The notes below the pieces were generated by a model that did no database searches, had not been told where the DNA came from, and was given only the letters and a program-made list of their open reading frames with translations. Shown piece after piece: positions 9,201-17,300 of a stretch of DNA of 64,000 nt (position 1 is its first letter; every line of letters begins with the position of its first letter). The stretch spans positions 29,708 to 93,707 of IMG/VR virus record IMGVR_UViG_3300037760_000179; one strand, written 5' to 3'. This stretch comes from a virus. A program made the translations under genes and the position numbers.

Positions 9201-11052
9201 CCGACCCGGCCGCCACCGTGACGCCCCGGGAGGTCGACCGGCGGACGGAGGAGAAGTAGAACAGGTCGGCAGCCTCGGCGACCTCCTCGACGTTGTCGAA
9301 GGCGCGGGGCAGAGGATGGTTCAGCGTGTTCGGCCACGACATTGACCAGCCGCCAACCTCGGCGCGCATCGTCAAGGCCGAGGGCGGTCCACCAGGCTCG
9401 CCGGGTGGGCCGTCGCGGGACACGACCACCGCACCGCCGGGCAGGTCCACCCGCAACGCGGTCAGGTCCGCCTCCGGGTCGGCAGTCTGGCCGAACTCGT
9501 CGAAACCCTCGTCGACGATGTTGATCGCGTAGCCGATGCGCTGCCAGTCGGCGAAGCTGTACCGCAGGTCCACCTGCCCGCCGTCGGGGGTGGGGGCACG
9601 CAGCCCCACCTGGTTGCCGTCGAGGAACACGTCCACCGGTCCGGAGGCGGTGTCGGCGCGGCCAGCGGCCGACAGCAGCACCACCGTGTCGGCGAGCTGC
9701 CGGGCCTCGCCCCGGGTCAGCCGGTGGGTGGTGTCGTCGGCGAGCAGCTCCAGCTGCCAGCCGTCGCCGTCGGGGGTGATCTGCGCGAACCCGGTCGGCG
9801 GGCTGGTGCCGGGGGTGTAGGTGGCGGCGGACACCGTGCCGTCGATTTCTTGCGGTCGCAGGTTCAGCAGCCGGCTCAGCTTCCCCGTCGCCTCCGCGTC
9901 CAGCGCCCCGGACGAGTTGGACCCGTAGGACAGGTGAACACCGTCTGGGCGGGCGTCCACGGTCAACGCCCCGGCGGCGGTTTCCAGGACGGTCGACAGG
10001 ATGCTGCCAGCCGGTCCGTCGGTCCACCGGCCGTCGCGGGGGTCACGCGGCTGGTCCGGGTCGAACGCGGCTACCGCCGTACCGGCCAGGGCGGCGAACA
10101 CCGGGCCGAGTACCTCGTCCACCACCCGCTGCAACGCGTCCCGCACCGGCTCCACGTCGTCCGGGTCCAGCTGGATCTCGGCCTGCTCCTCGTCACCTTC
10201 CCAGCCGATGGTGACCAGCCCGTTGCCGTACAACGCCAGCTCGACTTCGCTCCTCAGGCCCACCGAGTAGATCAGGGTGTTGGATGCGGCGTTGTCGGGG
10301 ATGTCCACGTCGAGCAGGTCGTCCAGCCCGTCGACCAGCTCCTGCGTCTCGTCGGTGGTGAGGGTGGTTCCGACGGTTCCGGCGGCGCCGAAGGTCAGGT
10401 CCACGTCGCCGACGTCGTCGGCGCGCAGGTGCAGGTCTCCGGAGGACGTTTCCAAGGTGACGCGTGGCAGGCCGGGACCGCCGCGGCCGCGGTTGCCGTG
10501 GGTCTGCTGGTTGTGCCCGCCGCGCAGGTGCGCCACCACGGCGGTGCCGGCGTCAGCCTGGACCCCGTACAGGGCACCCACATCCTGCAACGACTTGAGG
10601 GTGCCCACCCCGGGTGGGGTCACGCCGAGCAGCGCCACCGCGGTCAGCACGAACGGGTGGGTGTGGCCGATCTGGCAGCGGTGGTCGTAGGAGCCCTCCA
10701 CGGACCGGTCCGGGTAGGCCGATGCGGCGATGTCACCCAACCAGCCGGGCATGCCCACGAAGTCGCCGACGAGGGTGTGGCCCTGGTTCGTCAGGGCCAG
10801 GTTGTCAACCCAGCCGACGGCGGGGACACCGGTCGGGTTGCCGGCCCACAGCGGCGTCTCACCGCGGGAGTGGCCCAGCTTCAGCACCGGCCGGCGGACG
10901 GCAGGGCACTTCAGCGCGGCGGCTGCGGCTACCAGGTCGTCACGGGAGGCGGTCCACTGCCCGGTGCTGATCTTCCACTGGCCGGTGTGGACCAGCTCGA
11001 CCCGGTTCAGCCGGGCCAGCGGCGGGGCGGTGGGCACGGCGATCTCGACCAC
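5704..11052 (-). CDS. Prohead protease/scaffold polyprotein carrying 2H phosphoesterase, topoisomerase IB, ParB-like and unknown domains
   Basis: N-term Mu-I-like protease (LKLGH, PAVGWV, YPDRSVE, LTAVALLG); HVTL and HLTL 2H motifs; TopIB motifs IPPAW/GMRPG/GKKG/KDLRT/LGNT..SY; DGHHRW; C-term scaffold. Confidence 0.88.
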   Translation of the reverse strand: MVEIAVPTAPPLARLNRVELVHTGQWKISTGQWTASRDDLVAAAAALKCPAVRRPVLKLGHSRGETPLWAGNPTGVPAVGWVDNLALTNQGHTLVGDFVGMPGWLGDIAASAYPDRSVEGSYDHRCQIGHTHPFVLTAVALLGVTPPGVGTLKSLQDVGALYGVQADAGTAVVAHLRGGHNQQTHGNRGRGGPGLPRVTLETSSGDLHLRADDVGDVDLTFGAAGTVGTTLTTDETQELVDGLDDLLDVDIPDNAASNTLIYSVGLRSEVELALYGNGLVTIGWEGDEEQAEIQLDPDDVEPVRDALQRVVDEVLGPVFAALAGTAVAAFDPDQPRDPRDGRWTDGPAGSILSTVLETAAGALTVDARPDGVHLSYGSNSSGALDAEATGKLSRLLNLRPQEIDGTVSAATYTPGTSPPTGFAQITPDGDGWQLELLADDTTHRLTRGEARQLADTVVLLSAAGRADTASGPVDVFLDGNQVGLRAPTPDGGQVDLRYSFADWQRIGYAINIVDEGFDEFGQTADPEADLTALRVDLPGGAVVVSRDGPPGEPGGPPSALTMRAEVGGWSMSWPNTLNHPLPRAFDNVEEVAEAADLFYFSSVRRSTSRGVTVAAGSGSGAPPLVQVAAASDVKSGAMVALLPSPADAERLATDGGEDQDQLHVTLLFLGDADAYPPDARQAIVEAVRDLAEVIPPGEVDGMALAAFNPHRADKDTAIVLELGGDGLEDVQGMTEAAVAEAARQHGLALPEQHAPYRPHLTLVYSDDLMNVAHLADRAGPVRMDRIRVAFAGENVDTPLSGEGSDLDVDGLTDDDMPAPAVEVQAQQSRRITRSDAPLRRYWSPAGKGGLKIRWNTPGDWTRCVRQLRKYVRDPKGLCSVYHKQFTGVYPGDRRNVGKVSAAGDVAAFDPDQPRDPRDGRWVDLMHPATPDEIGSFRERFGKSIPPAWTDVHLADDLDNAPLLVTGRDGKGRRQAIYSTAHTQGQAAAKFQRVRELNEHLDKLDHAVERDAATNDDAAALLLIRRLGMRPGSTRDTGASQQAYGATTLLARHVTVEGGTARFDFIGKKGVHIQLETADPVIVSALSRRLSTRTGDDRLLDTTEAHTRDYMHSTGVPAGFLLKDLRTVHANMVALREVAKRRSVPKTKREFQQRRREVAEKVSAALGNTPTLALSSYINPTVFAGWVRDPAWVAAAAVAGEDAAVGRAEEKQLLAGWFATVSFDRPATGIPAVDPDPDDEDDDGRTVDASEGEMTLPNPNPTMVHAAAAVSVDDVRTAYYAQAPDRAWIREFHTQPRRLIVANDGDGTVARVDFDVDDDGAIRFSPPVPVRVEYVEQGDDAERVAASRMVYASAAESRPDVEAHASHNQMTHGRRYGPDGKLLRRTAQRRPGGKASGGDRAIRGAYDALARGEGASIDATELDGLLKTLTGGGDEAKRANLARLDVGGYGTLFATDKTDALDRSKMPQLGTNEEEMRPFLDLLRAQGVEVWQETIDPTTLKPSQSEISGAKTGKLYGFMAKDGWLPGGLLVTSNDGYVVDGHHRWSGAAAVRASGARPDMTVTGLVVDRPIDEVLRLAASVAKFESLDFDRTTQASAADPHTKTPAAEPGNPSTEEDDMPLSNEALERLGLAEDADPDEVNAAVLALADKAEQPPEPANVAASLPEGVVTIEAATLEDLRSKAELGAQAAERQRVEDRDRIIEAAVGDGRIAPARRDHWAKAWEADPDGAREVLASLEPGLVVPVEPKGKVGEPQDVAAAEADEDERIFSKLPALTGANTEEN
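8290..8340. repeat. 51-bp direct repeat copy 1 (encodes VAAFDPDQPRDPRDGRW)
   Basis: Identical to 10024-10074. Confidence 0.95.
10024..10074. repeat. 51-bp direct repeat copy 2
   Basis: Identical to 8290-8340; spacing 1734 bp keeps the frame. Confidence 0.95.
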
Positions 11053-11124
11053 AAGGCACCTCCAGGGGGGAGAGCGTGCCCGTAGGCGAAACCTACTGTG
11101 GGACGAAACGCAGCGGGCCGACCG

Positions 11125-11301
11125 TCAGCGGGCCGACTCCAGCGGCTCCCGATCCTCCGGGTCGTCCACCACAACCTTCTTCCACCCGACCTCAGGACCG
11201 AACCAGGTCAGTCCCGGCTCCGGCGGCGGCCCCGGAGGGGGCGAGGAGAGGTCAACCTTCTTGGCGTTCGGGTCCCTGCGGAACTCTCGGTTGGTGGCCA
11301 T
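11125..11301 (-). CDS. Small hypothetical protein (58 aa)
   Basis: Strong GAAAGAGGAGG RBS before the ATG at 11301. Confidence 0.65.
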   Translation of the reverse strand: MATNREFRRDPNAKKVDLSSPPPGPPPEPGLTWFGPEVGWKKVVVDDPEDREPLESAR

Positions 11302-11323
11302 CTGACCTCCTCTTTCATCTCCC

Positions 11324-11329
11324 ATTGTA
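11324..11329 (-). promoter_or_regulatory. Putative sigma-70 -10 element (TACAAT) for the small gene
   Basis: TACAAT ~22 nt upstream of the ATG in otherwise GC-rich DNA. Confidence 0.45.
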
Positions 11330-11354
11330 CCCCTGGGAGCGGGTCGGCGCAGGC

Positions 11355-14300
11355 TCAGGTTCCCCTGCTGGCAAAGGCGTCGAGCACATCCGCGAGGCTG
11401 CTGGCGACGTCCGCCGCCTCCCGCGAGCCGTACGGGTTGCGCTGCTTGTCCCGCACCTCGTCAACGATCGCACGCAGTTTCGCCGACGCTGCGGCGAAGT
11501 CACCGGTTGCGTCGCCCTCGGCCAGGATCTGTTCGATCCGGGGCAGGTCAACCGAGTACCGGATCCGGTCGAAGTCTCTCTGGAACCGGCTGCGCACCCC
11601 GTCGAGCGGCTGCGGGACCCGCTGCCGGTAGTCATTCTCCAGCCGCCGGGCGGCGGACAGAGCGAACCGTCGCGCCTCGTAGCCGTTGTCCCTGGCCTCG
11701 GTCAGTCCGTACTCGCGTAGCCGTGCGGCGGTAGCCAGATCACGGTCCGGGTCGCTGCCGGCCCGCAGCATTTCGATGATCTCGTCTCGGTGCTGCGGGT
11801 CCAACCCAACCAGGGACATAGCGCCGAGCCCGTCGCCCCGGTACTGGCCCTGTAGCAGCGGCTCCCGCAGCCTTTCGGGCACACTGCGGTCGACTTTCGC
11901 CTTGACCGCGAGCATGTTCCACGTACCGCTCCGGTCCAGACCGGGAGTCTGCGCACGCAGCATGCCGACCACCTCGCCGACACCAGCCCCATCGGCCCTG
12001 CGCCACTCGGCCAGGTCGATGCCGGTGTTCCACGGGATGCCCGCCCCCTCGACGGCCTCGGCGAACGCTCTGGCTTCCTTCTGGGTGCGGAAACCGCTCA
12101 GAACTGGAGCGTTGCGCATGACACGCGGGACAACGATGTCGTAGCCGCTTCTACCCTTCATCACCAGCAGTTGGCCGCTCGGGGACAGCAAGCCCCACTT
12201 GGCCCCGGCGTCATCCGGAATCCGGTCCGCGAGCGCCTCGTCGGCCTCTAGCCACGCGGTCAACTCGCCGAGCCCCTGGAATCCCTCACCGGAGTCCAGC
12301 CGGGTCTTGATGTCGGCAAGTTCGGCGGCCTTCCTCGCCGCCGCCTTCTCCGCCGGATCCGTGGGCTCCGGCGTCTCGCCCCGCCGGGCCAGTTCCTGTT
12401 TGAGGTTCCGGTCGACCCGCATGAAGCGTTCCTGCGCCTGCTCCAGGGCGTCCTGGTCGCGGAACGGCCGACCCACCCGGGCGCGCAGTGCCTCAATGTC
12501 CTGGCGGGCCTCGCGGGTTCTGGCGACGTGGCGGGTGAGGGTCCTCTCCATGCGGCCGAGGGCGTTCTGAAGATCGCCGATGACGTCGGTCGAGTTGAGG
12601 TCGCCGCGGCGAACACTGACGGACCCGGGTACGCCGACCAGCTCGACGCTGAAGCCGGTTTCTGTCCGGCCGGCCCGCAGCGGGAACCCCCGAAACTCTC
12701 CGATCACGGTGGGCGCGTCGCGTGCTGTCCGGATCTGCTTGCGCAGCTGCTGCTGCGCCTCGGTCCGGTCCCGGTAGTCGGTGCCGCCGAGGGATATCTT
12801 GAACCTCTTGCCATCGACACGCTTGGGAAGCGCTTCGTTGATCTGGGCGATGGCCTGTTCGGACCGGGCGACGTCGGCCTCACCGTCGGTGATCCGCTTA
12901 GCGATGTTGCGCTGGTCAGCCTCGTGGTTACGCCGCGCCCGCTGCAACCGCGTCAGATCGGCGCTGGCGTCGGCGTGCTCGATCAGCCACCGGTTGCCGG
13001 TCCCGAGGGCGGTGACTTCCTGCGCGGTCAGCGCGAACTCGCCGACATCGTCCACCTCGCGCACATCCAGCCGGCCCCGCATGACCTGGTTGATGAACGT
13101 GCTCTTGGTCGTGATCGCCTGCCAGATGTACGCGTCGAACGACTGCTCGGTCACGTACCGGATGACCTCTACTTCGGGGTTCTTGTTGCCCTGCCTGACG
13201 ATGCGGCCGTCGCGCTGCTGCACGTCGACCGGCCGCCACGGCGCGTCCACATGGTGCAGCGCAACCGCCCGGTCCTGCACGTTGGTCCCGACGCCCATCT
13301 TGGCAGTGCTGCCGACCAGAACAGCCACCCGGCCGTCTCGGGCAGCGGCGAACAACTCGGCCTTCTCCTGGTCGGTGTTCGCCTCGTGGATGAACCGGAC
13401 CCTGTTGCGGGGGACGCCCCGCTCGACCAGCTTGTCCCGCAGCGCCTCGTAGGCGACGAAGTCGGCCAGGCCGCTACCAGCCTCGTCCTGGTCGGACCCG
13501 CTGGTCTTCTTCCTCTTGCCGCCGGGGGTGCCGATGTCGCTGAACACCAGTTGCAGCGCACCCGGGACGCCGACGGGGTTGCCGGCTCGGTCGGTGTACA
13601 CCGCATCCTTGTTCTTCTCGTAGATGGCCGCGATCTTGCCGGCGGCGACGTCCAGCTTCGTCGGCTCGGCGGTGTCGCGTCCCACCATCTGAAGGTCCAG
13701 CGCGGCGGCCCGCCCCTCGCCGGTGATCTTCAGCATGTTGTCGCCGCCCTTTTCGGGCGGGTACGGAATCGTCTTGGCGCGGGCGACCAGCTGCTCCATG
13801 AAGTCCAGCAGTTCCTGGCTGGGCGGCACCACCACGGTCTCCGGCGCCCGGGTACGGTTGCCGTCGGCGTCGACCCGCTCCACCAGGTCGGGAGTCTTGA
13901 CGATGTCCTTCAGGTCATCGGCGGTCTTCACGTCGGAGGCGACCAGCCACGGCCGCAGGAACTCCGGCAGGTTCACGAACTTCGCGAACCGGGAGTGCTG
14001 CCGCAGCCCGCCGGTCGGCGCGACCTCCAGCCTGGTGGTCATCTCGCCGAAGTTCGCCGCCCACTCGTCGAATGTCTCGACGCCCATGTCCTCAAGCAGG
14101 TCCGGACGCAGGTAACGCATCATCGTGTACGCCTCGGACACCGAGTTGGCGATCGGTGTCGCGGTGGCCAGCGTCGCCACCCGGTCGTTACGCGAACGCA
14201 GGTGGTGCAGCTTCATGTGCAGATCGGTGGCGATCTGACTGCCGGGAATGCCCAGGCCCTGAATGCCCGACGGGGTACGGAGGTTCTTGTAGGTGTGGGC

Positions 14301-17300
14301 CTCGTCCATGAACAGGTAGTCGATGCCGGTGCTCTCGAACGTCAGCCCCGGGTCCCGGTCGGTGCTGCCGACCTGGTCCTTGATGCGCTGCTCGGCCTTC
14401 TCGACCTGCCCCTCAAGCTCCTTGACGGTCGGGTCGTTGTCCAGCGCCTCCCCTACCAGCTTCCGAAGCGCCTCGTCGCTGGCGCCTTCGTTGTCGGCGC
14501 GGACCCTCTCCACCACCTGGGCGCGGCGCCTGGCGGCCGACCGCCGCAGCGGCTCAACCTCCCCCGCCAGGTAGTCCCGCTCGGTCTCGCTGGACACCGG
14601 AATCCGCTTGAACGCGCCCTGGGTGAGGATCACCGCGTCCCAGTCGCCGGTGGCTGCCTTGGCGACGATCTCGCGCCGCTTCTCGCCGCCCTTGTCGCCC
14701 TTCAGGTCGTCGGACCCGATCGCGAGCACACGCGCCTGCGGGTAGCGCTCCAGGAACTCGCTGGTCATCTGCTCCAGCATGTGGTTGGGCACGACGATGG
14801 CGGGCTTGCGCACCAGACCCAACCGGCGCATCTCCATCGCACCGATGACCATGGTGGTGGTCTTGCCGGACCCGACCTCGTGCCACAGGCCAACCGAGGG
14901 CTCGGCGATGATCCGCCGGACAGCCGCGCTGCGGTGCGGGAAGGCGTAGAAGCCGTCCCGGTTCAACCCTGGCAACTCCAGGTCCGAACCGTCGTACGAA
15001 CGCAGCACCAACGAGTTGAACCGGCGGTTGTACGTGTCCTGAAGGTCCCTCTGCCGGGTGGGGTCTTCCCACAGCCACTCGGCGAAGCGGTCTGCCATCT
15101 CCTGGGCCTTCGCCTGCGCCTGCTCGGTCTTGTCCCGGTTGAGCTTGCCGTCCTCGGTGACCCGGATCGGCTTCTGCCCCAGGATGTCCTCGGCGATGTC
15201 GACGCCGGACATCTCCCGGATGCCCCACTCGGTGGTCGCGGCGGTGCTCCGCTTGCGGTCCGACCTGACCTTCCAGGCGTTCGCGTGCGGACGCTCAACG
15301 GTCAGCGTCGGGTCCCGCAGGATCTCCCGCAGGAACTGCTGCACGTACGCCGGTTCGATCCACCCGGCGCCCATCTTGGCGTTGATGTCAACCGGGGTCA
15401 GGTCCGGCGGCAGGACCCGCTCCAACGCCTCCACGTTCGGCGCGAACGCGTCCGGGTCCTCGGCCGCAGCCAGGCGGGCCACGTCGAGCTTCTGCCGCAC
15501 GTTGCCTGACAGGTACTCGGCCGCCGGTGCGAGCCGGCCGCTACCTGGCTCGTCGAAGACCAACGTACCGAGACGGTCCCGGGCGGTCGGCTCGTCGACG
15601 TCGAGCAGGTCAGCGATGTGGGCCAGGTCGACCTCGCCGAGCTGGTCCACGGTGATCGCCAGCGCGTCTGCGGCGCTTTCCGCGCTGGTCCTGGGGGTGC
15701 GGGGGGCGATCGTGCGACGGTGGAAGATGTCGGTCTTGGTGGCGTTGCCCGTGAGCGGGTCGTAGTTCTCCAGGGCGCGCACCGCGGCCGAGAACGGGTC
15801 GCTGCGGAATCCGCCCTGCGGTGGGCGGGTGCGGGTGACCCGCTGCTCCTCAACGTCGTCCTCGTCCTCGCCGCCCTTCGGGGCGCGCCGCTTCTCCGTG
15901 AAGCGGCTGACCGGCCCCCACTTGGCGACGTAGCCGTCGTAGATCTCGTTGAGGTCTTCGCGGAGCCGCTTCATCTGCTCGGTGTCGTCGCCGCTGGAAG
16001 CCTCGGCGTTGACCAGGTCGATGCTGGTGTCGCGCAGCCGCAACAGCTCCCGCAGCTCCTCCCGCTGTGTCGCGGGAACCTCGTGCGGCTGCTCCACCCC
16101 GCGGGTGACACGGCTGAAGGTGCCGTCCGGGAGGGCACGCAGGAACCCCTCGGGCACACGGTCCGGCCCGGTTTCGGCGAACGCGGGACGCGGGCGCTGC
16201 CCGGGGGTCTGGGTCAGCCCCATCGCCTGAGCCCGTGAGACGACCTTGTCCAGCGCCTCCCTCAGCGCCGGCCCAGCGTCCGCGTCGCCGCGAACACCGA
16301 AGGCATCCTTTGGTCCGCTGCCCATGACCATCGTCCCGAGCACCATGTCGGGGTTGTCGAGGAAGTGCCCGTTGACCGACACTTCCCGGTCGTCGTCGCC
16401 GATGGTGATCTTCCGGGCAGCCTGGAACGGCAGCCCGGCATACGGCGTGTCGGGCTCGCGGCGGCGGAACACCAGCAGGTCGGTCACCACCGCCGTGCCG
16501 GCCGCCTTCTCGTGCGCCCGCGACGGCAGCCGCACCGCCCCGACGAGGTCAGCCAGTTCGGCCATTTCCTCCCGCGCGGCCGGGCTCATCGAGTCCATCG
16601 TGTACCGGGAGGTGATGAACGCCCCGATCCCGCCCGGGCGGGTCATCCGCAGCGACTTGAGGATGAAGTGGTTGTGCATGTTGTGACGGCGGCCCGGGTT
16701 GTACTCCGGGTCAACCAGCTTGGTGTCGGAGAACGGCACGTTGCCGATGGCGGCATCGAAGGCACCGTCGCGCGTCTTGGTGTCAGTGAACGACTCTGCC
16801 CGCACGTCCGCGTTCGGGTACAGGGCGGCCGCGATCGAGGCGGTGATCGGGTCCAGTTCCACCCCGGTCACGTGGGTGTCGGGTGCGACGTCCTCCGGCA
16901 CCATCCCCATGAACGTGCCCGACCCGCTGCCCGGCTCCAGCACCTCGCCGCCGTGGAAACCGAGGCCTCGCACGGCGTCCCAAATCGCGGCGACGTAGTC
17001 CGCGTCGGTGTAGTGCCCGGTGCGGGTCGTTCGCCGCGCCGCCGCGAACTCCTCCGGCGTGAGCAGGTCCTTCAGCTCGGCCTGCGCGTCGGCGAACCTG
17101 CCACGCGGGGGTGGCTCCTTGAACACGTTGGGCAGCGAACCCCACCCGGACCAGCGGGCCAGTTTCGCCTGGTCCTCAGCCGACGCCGGCCGGCCGGATT
17201 CTTGCAGGTCCCGCAGGGTCCGCAGCGCCACAAGGTTGGCGTCCAGCCGCTTGGTCGCCGTGTTCGGCGCGAGGTCGGCCTGACTGCGCGGGCGGAAAAC

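Noticed and set aside
8290-10074. Repeats as a CRISPR array or DGR template/variable pair
   Set aside because: Only two identical copies, in frame within a CDS; no spacers, no adenine-specific mismatches and no reverse transcriptase in the window.
12528-15509. Long plus-strand ORFs (e.g. 993 aa here, 822 aa at 55429-57897)
   Set aside because: Antisense shadows of real minus-strand genes in high-GC DNA; no motifs or RBS.
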